Source: Camelus dromedarius (taxonomy: Eukaryota). Taken from it: DNA of 64,000 nucleotides. The DNA lies in contig NC_087436.1 in the NCBI RefSeq assembly GCF_036321535.1, forward strand, positions 95,792,001 through 95,856,000, given 5' to 3'. The position numbers were made by a program, and so were the translations under genes. Below, in pieces: positions 51,901-64,000 of this stretch. Numbering within the stretch: position 1 is the first letter of the stretch; every line of letters begins with the position of its first letter. The notes under the pieces are model-generated. The model was not told the origin of the DNA, did not search any database, and worked only from the letters and a program-made list of their open reading frames with translations.

Positions 51901-54900
51901 TCACAGCCAGATGTAAACACCAACGGGGTGCCAACACTGACCCTCCAAAGTCAGCAAACAACTGAAAGATGTCTCAAGGTGAAACTTCAGTCTATGAGAA
52001 CATATACTTCAAGTTACAACGTTTACTGCAAATACAGACCCTTTTAGGGCAAACACACTGAGTCAGTGGAGTTTTATTCCCACTGATACGATCAGGGAAC
52101 TTTCAACAAAATCTTTTTTTAGTTTAGTCACAGGAATAATATCCACGTCATTTAAGATTGCAGATAAGCAGATCAAGTAAATCAAAACTACAGCAAAAAC
52201 AAGAATCTGAAAAGCACTTTGCTGGGGTAAATTCAATAGGGGTTTGAGATTTGGTTTTATTTCCTTTTACAATGGGAATCACACCAAAAATGTTAAGTAA
52301 AATGAATCACCAATAATGAAGAAATAGGCCCCGTTTAGACATATCGGAAGTTTACTAAACTGCTCTTCTGTTGACCTATTTGAGTTTATGCTAAAGTTCA
52401 ATTTTAAACTCAATCTGCACTTATTTCACAACCAAAATGAGTTTCTCTTGCATTCACACACTAACAAATGTACAGTGTAGTATGAACTTACTATAGCAGG
52501 CTTGAGTGAATATCGTTTTATAAGTAGCCAGAAAATGATACTCTAAGAGAATTAGAAATACTCATTTCTGTAAATAAAGTCCTTACTTAACATTTGGGTC
52601 AAGTTTCTTTTTAAGGATTCGGGGATTTTAAAGGATTATAAACACACTGCAAGTATAATTTTTTTCACAAGGACTTGGGAAAGAGCTCCTGAAACAGCCT
52701 TTTGAATGGAAAGTCATTTTACTACGTTTACACTTTTGTTTTGCTGCCAACTAGTAACAAATAAATACTAAATCAATCTAGAGCAGCCCATACTTGTATT
52801 TAAAACTCTAGCACTTCTCCTTGTTATTTAAAATTAAAACATTCCAAAACTGCGAAAATACGGCAAGCCACGCTGTGCTTTGTCTGATGGATGAAATGTT
52901 CTGTCACTGTCAGGAGTTAAAAACAAGCACTTCAAACAGAAAATAATCATTCAACATAATTACTTTCCAGAAGGAACAGACTTGTGTTTTGTTTTTGTTG
53001 GTAATGAGTGGTTATTTCTATTTGTTGGTCATAAACAAGGTAAATAGGGGAAGAAAACAAAATTAAACCAAGTGTCTCCTTACTTTATCTTACATGCCTT
53101 GAATTTCATACAAAACACCTAAATATCTTTTGACTAGTGCTCGACACTTAAATTATTTAATGAGAATAAAACAGCTGTCTGACACTATCTAGGTAAGACA
53201 CATGAGCATTCAGGTTACCCTGGAAGGTTCAGCCTGCTGAGACTGGATTCAACAGGAAGAAACGAACATGCCTCATACCATGAGTGAGCCGCCTGACCCA
53301 TTAGAGGGTCACAGTGTAGGAAGTAAGAGACACACCTAAAAATGTGGTTTCCAACATAATGGGGCAGACGCTAGACCACACGCAGGAGCCCAGCGACAAC
53401 GTGTGCTAGAGAAGGCTGGTCCTGAGCAGAGGTCTGTTTTATCCTGTTGGGCGCTTACAATCAGCTAAAAGTTCAGCCTGACATGTTACACCTTCCCACA
53501 AGAGTGATGAGATGTGCTGTAGTTGGCTAGGGATGTGCCTGGCACAGAAGAAGTGCCAGCGACTGTGGGCGCCTGGCACAGGCCACATGCCCCCCTTCCT
53601 GACTGCCTCATCTTCTACCCCCGGGTCTTGATCTTTCATCACAAGTAGAACAGAAGTAGTAGTATTCAGCCCCCCTAGTTCGGAACCGGCAAACTGGATA
53701 AATTCTTAGTAGCTTTTAACCCCATGGAAAGATGCGCTGCAAACTCAAAACCCAGCATCATGCTCTAAAACAATCTGTTGAAAGGTTCACTAAACCTCTG
53801 GCCAAACCAACACTCTTCTACAAAATGAGACTAAAAGCCAACATAAGATGTGATTTAACAGCTGCAGGAGCTAACAAAAGGTGGGAGAAGAAAGAGTGGG
53901 AGGAAATACCGCAGGTAAGAGTATGAAATTATTTTGTCAATTTTCTAAAGCCATTTCTAAAAGCCAAAATATTCTGAATGGCCAGCATAAATATTGACAG
54001 AAATCACTGGATGGTCAACCTGGGAACATAAGTCCTTAAAGTCCAACCCTCTTCATTTAATGCACTGATTCGCAACTCAAATGTGGCTGCACATTAGAAT
54101 TGCCAGTAGTTCTAAAACCGAGTGACCTGCCCGCCTCAGTCTGGTTGGAGGTGGGGCCAGGCATCTGCCGTTTTCAGAAGTGCCCGGCGGCTCTAAAGGG
54201 CAGAATCCCGGATTTATCACCTGTCCTTCGTTGCGCCCCAAGGTAAGGAATGCACTCCTCACCCTGCCCACCACACCATTACACCCAAAACCTCCGCGAT
54301 TATGAAGGCCCCAGGCAAGCTGTGAACAGCAGCAAGGCAGCCCCACGGCACAGGTGCAGACCCTGCTCACAGCAGAGATGAACAAACTGGTGAAGACAAA
54401 AACACAGACAAGCCACACTGATACTTGATAAGCTATTTATATCACTTAAGGGAGAATTTGATTTGTCAATAAATTTGCTGCATTTCAAAGGTCTTATATA
54501 TTAAACATGTAATAGCAAATGCCTTATAAGAAATGCTACTCTATAATTTTGATCAAAGTTTACTTCAAAATAATCTCTCCAGTATTAAGAAACACAAATA
54601 TAATGTACCAGTTATGCTACATAATCTCTACAAAGGGACACTGGGGTCCCTCTTCTACAAGGCAGAGAACTAAAAACATGTGAATGTGCCATTAAACAAA
54701 GCACTGGTTCCTTCTCCAGGACACATGCCAGTTTTTATAAATGATGTCCTTATGAAATGTTGTCACTGAGGGAGAGATCTTCAATATAGGAATAATTTGA
54801 TCACATGGTATGCATTTACAAATAAAACAGTGAAAAACCAGCTAGGTGTTACCTAAAATCATCCAGGACCAAACACATCAAAACTTGTTAAAATTGATTT

Positions 54901-55059
54901 CCAAGCTCACAAGTGCTCATATTCAAATCAATAATTTCAGAAGAAACACTTAAAGGAGAACATGGACCTTCCATCAGGTGGCAGACACACGAGTCCTTTT
55001 CACCTGTTCTCATCTATGCGTCAAAACGAAAGTCCTGGAGACTCCCTGAGCAGCTACTA

Positions 55060-55335
55060 CCCCAGTGCCTGAGGAATGAGAATGAACAAGCTATCCCACA
55101 CGCAACAACATGGGTAAATACAAGCACAGTGAGTGAAAGCAACACATGTAAAAGAATCACGTGGTATGATTCCATTTTATCAAACTTCAAAAACAGGAGA
55201 AACTAAATTATAACAATAGGAGTCAGAATAGGGATTATCTCTGGAGGAGGGGGACTTGGAGGGGGCCCGTGGGGGCTCTGGACTACTGTTTATTGGCCTG
55301 TGTGCTGGCTGTACAAGATTATTCAAACTGTGAAG
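55060..55335 (+). mobile_element. Old L1ME 3' fragment
   Basis: cacgcaacaacatgggtaaat..gtgagtgaaagcaacaca..tggtatgattccattttatcaaacttcaaaaacaggagaaactaa. Confidence 0.65.
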
Positions 55336-56210
55336 TCACTGGGTACATGATTTATGCAGAGTGGGAAGTAACGACATATAACACGAAAGGACTAAGAGGG
55401 CCCCATAACGTGGGTAATCTGCAAAGCATCTGCACAACGCCGCACGCGTAGGTCTAAGTGTGCCTCTCAGAGATGACTTTGCTTCTCTTGGAAGGTCATT
55501 TTCTACCCCTGCACCGGGCCCCACGTCTGCAGTGGGACTGCTGCCAGTCCTCTGTGACAGGGGCTGCTGGCATATCACGTGGCCTTGCCCTCCCTCTGGG
55601 ATTCACGGCCCTCCTTCGCTTACCTGTAAGCAGAACCCACCTCATTGGAAAACCCAGCAAAGGAATTTTTTGGGTTTCAACAAAATGGTCAAGGGCAGGA
55701 CTTATTTCTTCAGCAAAAGAGTAAGGCTTTCCTCCCCCAGAGGAACTGAAAGGGCAAAGGAGAACACCCTGTGCCCAATGCTGGGCCCTCAGCCACGGCC
55801 ACAAGAAACCGTCGTCCCCACGGAGGCTGCACTCGTATCTCACAACCCAGGCCACTCTGCACGAGGCCACCAAGAGCCCCACACATGCCCCGCAAACTCC
55901 AGGGAGGCTACTGCTCACACTGCTGGAGCACACGGTCCAGTCCTGTTAAGCAAATCTGAACCTTACTTCTGTACAATGGGTGAGATCCCCGGCCCAAGGA
56001 CAACCAGCCCCAGGCAGTATCTCACTGCCTCACTCTGTGGACTCAGAACATACTGAATGGAATCAGTTTATCAGAATCAAGGCAGCCACTGGAGAATGCA
56101 GGCTTTGCTCCCGTATTCTTCCCCACTCCCACCCCCACCCCCTCTCCCGCCTTGTTCTAAGGGGAAGATAAAGCATGTGTTTCTCCCTCTGGGATCCTCC
56201 CTCGCATATA

Positions 56211-56236
56211 CACCCCACCCCACCCCACCCCACCCC
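56211..56236. repeat. (CACCC)n pentamer tract; G-rich on the sense strand
   Basis: caccccaccccaccccaccccacccc. Confidence 0.85.
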
Positions 56237-57289
56237 GTCCCTGGGGCCTCCGTTCCCAGCCAACATCAGCCAAGGTGCCTCTAGGCCAACTGGGCTGCCA
56301 CCTCTAGGCTGGACAGAAAAGTCATTTTATGAGGAAGATGTCGCAGGCAGGCTGCTCCTGGGCAGAGGGGATAGAAAAGAGGAACACCTTGCCCCCACCC
56401 CTGACTCCTTCTGGGGCCAAGGTCAGGCCCCCCTCCTGGGCCCCAGCAAGGAGCACGCCGCCTGCCTGCAACGAACGTCTCACCTTGGTGCGAAAGGCCA
56501 ACATGAAGAACCAAGGAGCAACAAGTACTAACAGTCCTGCCACTTTTCAATAATCCCACTTCCTTCTTAAAAGCAGCAGAATGTATTCTTTACTATCTTT
56601 TATTTCCAATACTAAGTCTAACACACATCCATGTAAAATAAAAACACAGAAACATATAAAGTTAAACTTCCCATAATCCCATGCCCAGAAATATCACAGC
56701 TAAGAATTTTGTTTTTCTTACCTGTGGTTCTAGATGGTAGTTTCCTTTACTAAGAAAAACAAACTAACTTTTATCCTCATGGGCATATTGTAAACCTATC
56801 ACAGAACCATCTCATTCCTTCCCAATAACCACAGCATCCATTCCATTCACTGCAAACACTGTATACAACGGAAATACAAAAAAAACAAAGTTTTTATTTA
56901 ACCTATTCAGAATCCAGTTCCAGTTAGTCTCATGCTAGCAGCCATGAACTCTACTCAATCAAAAGCCATTCTGGCAAACGTGTTATGAGCATCCCAAACT
57001 TTGCAACTCTGCCTAGACCCCTGGCTGTGTTTAGAGTGTGGAAGGCGTTTGTGTGCAGATCCGGGAGAGGAGGTGAGTAGGAAATGAGAGTGAACCCAGG
57101 ACTGCTTACTAGACCAGAGAGAAGCATTCTTCATCCGAAGGGAGAGGGGGCATCTGGGAACAGAAACAGAATTACCTTTAAAAAGACAGAGATACTCTTG
57201 ATGCTGGGCACAACCATTAGGAAAACTGCTGCCCCAGCTGAATCCATGAACCTACGACACTGACAGCTGGGATGGGGACTTCTGTCACG

Positions 57290-57480
57290 ACTGCCAGACT
57301 AAGTTCCTAACTCGGCCGCTTCGTTTGCATGTCTGAGCAAGACACCCAGCTCCTTAGAACCTCAGCACTCTTCTTCCATCAAAATGGGGTATTACTGGCT
57401 ACCTTGTAGGTTGTTTTGAGGATTAAATTAAACAATGAATGTGAAAGTTGTTAGTACAGAGCCTAGCCATAAATGTTGTG
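57290..57480 (+). mobile_element. MIR SINE
   Basis: ctgagcaagacacccagctccttagaacctcagc..ttgttttgaggattaaattaaacaatgaatgtgaaag. Confidence 0.65.
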
Positions 57481-58594
57481 ATCTTCACATTTGCAGAGTA
57501 AGAAAAGGTCCACTCTATTAAAGACAGCACCTAAAGGCAACAAGCTTACTGTTACTCCAACTGCCTTTCAGTACAGAACTGGTAATACATGACGAAAATT
57601 TACTCCATATCAGCCAGCCACAGATAATGCCAACCACATTTTTTAAAATGTGACTGAATTTCCAAATACCCTGTGGGCCACAGAACCCTCCCCCACCTCA
57701 ACCCCACCCCAACTTCCCAGCAACCTCGAATACAGAAGAGTAGGAGAGTTCCAATTCAGATGGAGCTGGGGAAAGAGAACATGCCCTTATCCTTCCACCT
57801 GCCAGGCCTGAGGTGTCACAAGGCCCACAGAACAGAGTGAAAACCATTACCTTACAAAACTACATGGGTCTCCCTGGGTAGTAAACAGTTTCTAAGGCAC
57901 ATTCAGGACAGCCTACAAATTCAGAGCATAAGACACCTAACTGCTCAAACGTCAGCTCTAAGAGAGCAGAAGCGTTGTCTATTTGGTTCAATGACGTAGC
58001 CCGGAGTGCCTAGGACAGTGCCTGGCATACGCAAGTATTGAACAAATGTGCTCAATGTGTGAATGATTACACCTGAAAATGAAAATTTAGTGATTTCAAG
58101 GTTTTTCAGTGATAAGAAATATCTCAAGTAGACCTTGGAAGAGAAACCATGATAAATCTGTAAACTCTCTTAACACAATGCCAGCCCGTAGTATGCATGC
58201 AACAGATATTTGCAGAAGGAACAAATGTTTTAAAAATAGCAAACCAGAAACACTGAGACTAAATCCTTTCGGATTATAAGATTTTTCTAGACAGCTGAAG
58301 GCTGTCCCTTTAGGCGCCTATGCTATTTTTAACCATTTCTGGATGGGAATCACTTAGCGTATTTTTTCAAAGGCTACAGGGAATGTAGTTTAACTTTCTT
58401 TTTATGGCGAGCATACCTTACAATGATCACAAGAGCTACGGAGGCTGTGGCCGCTGTGGGCAAGGCTGCATGGGATTAGAAGGCATCTTACACGCGAGAT
58501 GTATCTCAGCTTTCAGTTACACGCCCCAGGTTCCTACCAGCGCTCCCAGCAAACGTGGTTGGCGTGCTCTCTCAAATGCCCCCAGGATCCAAAG

Positions 58595-59062
58595 CAGAGG
58601 TTCCTAAACTTTTTGCGCCACGGACCCCCTCTGACAGATCCCTATGGTCTCTTCTCAGAATAAGATTTTTAAATGCCATAAAACAGAACACAAGGCAATC
58701 CAAGAGAATTATACCAAAAGGGAATTATCCAAACAATTATGATATAGCATTATGTGCTTAGTACCATGTTCAACAAGGTCTAGTGGCAAATCATATAACT
58801 ATCATAATTCAAAGTAATGATGTGCATATACAGTATTTTTGAGAAATGTGTAATAACTATAATGCAATGTGAAAATAACTGATTTTACTGTCATAGGAGC
58901 TGCTAATGCTACTAGGTTAGATGACTACATTCATAATTGAAGGAGGTGTCAAGTTGCAGTTAAAAGGTTAGTAAAAATAAAGGTGTAATTTTTTTCCCAA
59001 GTTCATGGACCCCATCCCTGACCCCTTACTTCCATCCTCAGACCCCAGGTTAAGGATCCTTG
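58595..59062. mobile_element. hAT DNA transposon (Tip100 group, Zaphod/MER115-like) with both termini
   Basis: Imperfect terminal inverted repeats cagaggttcctaaac ... ggttaaggatccttg, and internal atggacccc/acggacccc motifs. Subfamily name is from memory. Confidence 0.6.
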
Positions 59063-59412
59063 GACTCAAGTCGGTGGGGAGGGGGTGGAACCAGCTACAA
59101 CTAACTGAAAGATCAGACCACCACTACTGAATGTCATCTCTCTTGGGACCATGGTGTGTACATACTGCATATATTAATAATAAAGCAAAGCCATCCCACC
59201 ATTCCAATGCAAATATAAATCCAACTGAAAACAGGAAAGCTGCCCCAAAGAAGCTGTAGCCATCAAAGTCTACGTAGAGAAACTACAATGTCACCATGCA
59301 GTCAGTAAGGGAAGCAAAATTAAGTGAGTAAAACTCAAGTGTCCATTAGTTAGAGTTATGGAATTAATCTCTACATAATGTCAATTCTTCATCAATATAA
59401 AAACATTACAGT

Positions 59413-59556
59413 GGGGAGGGTTAGCTCAAGTGATAGAGTACATGCTTAGAATGCATGAGGTCCTGGGTTCAATCCCCAGTACCTCCTCTAAAATTAAATT
59501 AAACCTAATTACCTCTCCCACCCCCACCAAAATAAAATACTACTAATAATTAAATG
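59413..59556 (+). mobile_element. tRNA-derived SINE (camelid type) with perfect 14-bp TSD
   Basis: ggggagggttagctcaagtgatagag...gggttcaatccccagtacctcc..aaacctaattacctc; TSD ataaaaacattaca at 59397-59410 and 59557-59570. Confidence 0.9.
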
Positions 59557-60712
59557 ATAAAAACATTACAACTCTTTTCAAGTAGTTACAAATACTCGAT
59601 TTAAGTCTGATGTGACTTATTGCTGGGCTAGTCCTAGATAATGACAATTTAGTCTAATATACAAATAGATGGAAAATTATTTTCAACTATCAACTTATCT
59701 TACCACTGCCAATGGAAGATCAGAAAAATATGACAAAATAAATACCTTTGAATCTTCATTTCAATTATGAATGCAGTCATCATAATATCATGTCTCAGGT
59801 ACTCACGCCCCACTCACTTCCAATAGATTAAAAAAATATATATGTATGTTTGAAGAGCTCTTATTTCAACTACTTATTTTCAGCAAAAGAGATGCAATTT
59901 TAACCAGTGCTTATCACTAAAAAAGGTCTGGAAGGACTAACTGTGGTGTCTCTGGATAGCAGAAACACGGTGGTTTGTTATTTTTACACATCAATGTTAT
60001 TTTTCTATACTTACATACATTGCTTTTGCAATCTTTAAAAACAAGATTAACTTTTAAAAGAATATAGTTTTCTTAAACTTTAAGAAATTTTAGAAGTTAC
60101 TGTCTACTGTTATTAGGTAAAGCCTTCTGGGGCAAAATTATGTGGAGGGGAAAAAAAATCTTCATTTAAAATGTATGATAAATTATTTTCCATGTAGAAG
60201 TGAAATGGCATACATTTCTCAGTACCCCTAAATGCTTCTCTACCTAACATACAATAGCCTTTAAGTCATGGAACACAATCTAAAAAATAAACTTCAATAT
60301 TCATAGAAACTAAAAACTTTAGATGACAGTCTAAAAGCAGTATTCAAGAGAATGCCCTTTCATATGCATGATTCCTTAAGATAAAAATTTCTAGCTTAAA
60401 TAAAAATTGTGATAGTAAGAACTAGCCTATTTTCTGAAGCTGACAGTTCGAACGAATTTAGACACACCATTAGCCTTCTCAATCAGATAAATACTCTTGC
60501 TACTTCCTAGGAATTGCAGTGAAATCAATCTAAAAACTATTACATTTGTGGACACAGTATGGAATCACCTTGACAATATCAATATTAATTTTTTTAAACA
60601 CAAAATAATTTATAGCATAGGGCTACTTTTCGCATATATGATGCCTTTGTTCAAATTATTGAAGGCCAAAGCCCTGTCCTTCCCCACCTCATAGACAAAA
60701 ACTTACAGTGGC

Positions 60713-60747
60713 GATTATAAATCAATAAAAAATGTTAACAAAAAAAA
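60713..60747 (+). mobile_element. 35-bp retroposed poly(A) insertion (extreme L1 3' truncation) with perfect 16-bp TSD
   Basis: gattataaatcaataaaaaatgttaac(A)n between two copies of aaaaacttacagtggc (60697-60712 and 60748-60763). Confidence 0.75.
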
Positions 60748-61899
60748 AAAAACTTACAGTGGCAGACATTGGTAAGCCAGATGTGGGCCGCATCTCAGCC
60801 CCTACTTGCTCTGTTGGCTGGATGCCTTTGTGCAGTGTGCAACCTGCACAACATACCTAGCAGCCCAGTTACAGCCCTGTCACCAGCATCTGTGAGATCT
60901 ATGGTGGTTTCCAGGAACATGCTAGAAATTTAAACTTACTAATGCATGAGTGCTAGACTCAACTGCCAGAAGGGGTTCTGGTATGTCTTCATAAATATCA
61001 ATTATTTACAGTTTTAAATACTCCACCACCCTAGCTTTTATAGCATTAACTGCATCCTTGAATAAAACCTATCACACATGTTCGAGAATCCGAAACTTCA
61101 TTCAGATGAGTGGTACAGGTCTTCTCTCTCATATCATTTCAGTCCTCTTCTTGAAATAAACTATGCTCACCAAGCAGCCATCCCTTTTCTTTAACTGTGA
61201 CCAACAGGCACATCAGAACTTTGGCCAGTAAAGGATATTAGTTACAGTCAGTCTATTTTCCACCCAACACATTTCATGCTTTAGCTATACCAAGTGTAAC
61301 AAGAACAATACTACTTGCTGGTCCTTGACTCTCTCAGAAGTTATAATAAATGTTAGATAACTTTAATAAATGTTTATGAAACTCAGACTGTATCCTAGCA
61401 CAGAACACCTCAAAAGTAGAATTAAGTGGCAAATAGTTTATTCCTGCTTTTAGATGAAGGAAATCAAAGAAAATACACAAGATAAAAATGAAACAGTATA
61501 AAGCTGCACATAGAAAGAAGTTGTCCAAATGTCAGCTCATATCCAGTGCCCAGCCCTCGGCTAACATTTCTCCTCCTTCCTGACCTGCCCACACTCTTAG
61601 TATGTGAGAAAGAAAACCTGATCATGTCCAAATGCCAGCCCATCCCTCTGCTGCCAGCTTCCCCATGACCGTGTACATGCCACGTGTCACACTGAAGGGA
61701 GTAACTGCAATACTCAGATTACTTCCAGTTCCAAAATTGTACTGTGCTATACAAATAAACTGGCTAATAGAATGAAAATACAAAAAAGAAGACAAAAAAA
61801 ATTCCAATATCAGGAACACTGTGATATATATATATATAAATATACATAAAGTATTGTATGGAAGCTTAAAAACAAACAAAACCCTCAGCTGGGTAGGTA

Positions 61900-62290
61900 C
61901 CCATAGGGTTGACTCAGCTTGCCAAAAGTTCATGTGAAAAAGATTTAAGGATTTTAATTGACTATAAGCCCAGGATAAGCCAACAGAATGGCCTGGATAC
62001 CAAAAGAATGAAAAAGGCATGGAGAGCCTATGGCAGTAGGAAAAATGTCATCCTTAACGTTAAAGGGGTCACGGCCTTGCTGTCCTTCCAGCTCATCAGG
62101 CCACACAAGTTTCATTCTCAGTACTAGGCGACTTTAAAAAAAGACGCAATAAGAGTTGAAAGGTAACTGCCAAGTCCGTGAATGGAGAGTGGGGGCCAGA
62201 GCTGTGGGCTTGAGCTCAGCAGGAAAGACAGGAAACATGTCACTGTCTTTGCAGATCTGTCCCAGGGCCTGAGTGCTCTCTCAAATGGGA
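61900..62290 (+). mobile_element. L3/CR1 LINE fossil
   Basis: Degenerate CR1 RT C-terminal peptide QLAKSSCEKDLRILIDYKPRISQQ..., followed by cagctcatcaggccacac..tcattctcag. Confidence 0.65.
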
Positions 62291-64000
62291 AGGAAGGAAG
62301 GTGAGACACAAGTGAGTGTCTGCATTCTGCCTAGAGCACAGCCTCTCAGTTCGAGATGTGTAGACCGGCATGGACTCATGGGGACACCGAGCCTCCCTGG
62401 AGCAGGAGCAAGTCCACGCAGCTCAGACTGCCCAGTCCCCAGGTCTCCCCTTAAAGACAGGCACAGAGATACGCCTCCCACAAGGGCCCCCAGACCGGCA
62501 GCTCCACCAGGCAGGAGTCCTACAGCGTGGCTCCTCCTTCCCCCACTCCCACCCTCCAGGCTCCTCAACTGACCTCATCCTCACTAGACCAGATATTTTA
62601 CAATCAGGAACATTCCTAGAGAACCAACACTGACACCAAAGCTGACGAGATAAAGGCTGGCCAGGAGCTGCTGCTGGGAACAAGAGTTCAAGGCTGGGGC
62701 TGAGGGAAGGGCTGGTGTGTGCCCAGGGGGTTCAGAGACTCCCTGACACTCAACCCGATCTACCCTCCACTGATTCTAAAACCACGGAACAAGCATTCCA
62801 CCTCCCAAATGGGAACTGTACTCCCTGAGTCCGAAAGATATTTTCAAAAGTGGGACTTCATCTTGGTTTACAAAGATAAGAGGGGGAAAAAAAGAAATAA
62901 AGATAAGCCCTAAGGGGAGGAAAGGGGTAAGGTAATCCTGTTAATGTAATTCCCTCCTTTACACCGTTTTAGGAAAACACTTCTATTTCACAGACATCTC
63001 TCGCCAGGGATCTCATCCACTCCCCCAAGGCAAACAAAGATAATTCAATGTACATCTTAGCCCTGAATTCTTTCCTAAAAATTAAAAAATATATATTTCC
63101 TTAAAAAAAAAAAAAAAAAACATAACTCAGATTCTAATCACCTCTTAAGAGTGACCCAGACTTTGGGCACCTTGACTTTAAAACATCCAAAACAAGCCCT
63201 AACACAGGGCTCTCTCAGTTGTTCCCTGAATGCCTTCCAGGTCACTAGTCTGAAGACCTGGGAAGTGGCTTCTACTCTTCTCTTCCCCAATTTTCGATAA
63301 GCTGTCAGGGTATATAGTCTCTCACCAGGAGCCGAGCACCCCAAGCACTAGTCTGAGCCTGAACTTAAGTGAGACCACAGCAAGATCCCCAGACCCCATC
63401 CCACCCACCCTGACCCTGCCCCTGGCTTCTCCCAGTATATATACCCACCCACCCTACTCTACACGGGTGGCCTCATCTCCCAGGAGCACAGCTGGGATGG
63501 CGTCAGCCTACCACTCATAAACTTTCTAGGGCTCCTCTCCAACCTCTACCAAAACACCACCTGCCCAGCCTGACCCACAGAGCCCGCCATGCTGGGGCGC
63601 CAATCACCTCTTCCCTGTGAATTCCCCAATTCACCAGCTTTGGCGGGAGGGAGGGCACTCAGCTCCACTCAGGTACACCCTGGGCTTCCGCTCAGCCGGA
63701 CGTCCACCTCCGAGCCTCTGCTCCCGCTGCCGCTTCCATTTGCTCACCCTCTGGATGGGGCTCTCGAACCACCCATTTCTATTTATTTCATCAAGAAACA
63801 AAGCCTCAGGGGGCTGGAACGACAGGCATCCGGTCACAGGCCAGGCTGGACAGAACCCGACCTCCCCCTTCAGGGCTCTTTTTCTAGACCACGCCAGGTC
63901 CTCTTGATTTGCTTTTAATAGGGATGAAATACAGACTTCGGCTTGAAATTTCCTTATCAGACTAAAACCTCTAAGCCCACCAAAAAAAAAAAGGCACCAG

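Noticed and set aside
55460..56056. 198-aa plus-strand ORF
   Set aside because: No recognisable domain, non-ATG start, intronic antisense location.
1..64000. CRISPR arrays, operons or other prokaryotic/viral systems
   Set aside because: None seen; the sequence is explained by a spliced mammalian gene and interspersed repeats.

Overview
Mammalian genomic DNA, most likely a camelid (inferred from the SINE and L1 families). The whole 64 kb window lies inside TBC1D1 (Rab-GAP, paralogue of TBC1D4/AS160) on the minus strand. Twelve coding exons (48526 down to 18221) were located by manual translation, all with AG/GT boundaries and a continuous reading frame (1957 nt). They cover the second PTB domain, the Ser237 and Thr596 phospho-motifs and the two cassette exons of the long muscle isoform. 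Exon numbers follow my recollection of the human/mouse gene. The N-terminal exons and the TBC catalytic exons lie outside the window. The rest is intron containing L1, L2, L3/CR1, MIR, hAT/Tigger fossils and five tRNA-derived SINEs; most repeat boundaries and subfamily names are approximate. I found no clear new multi-gene system. The best leads are: a 14-aa longer Pro/Ala-rich linker before the Ser237 motif; a roughly 100-nt sense-strand stem-loop upstream of exon 4; a duplicated kinase motif in the two cassette exons; and a few candidate regulatory clusters and young retroinsertions.
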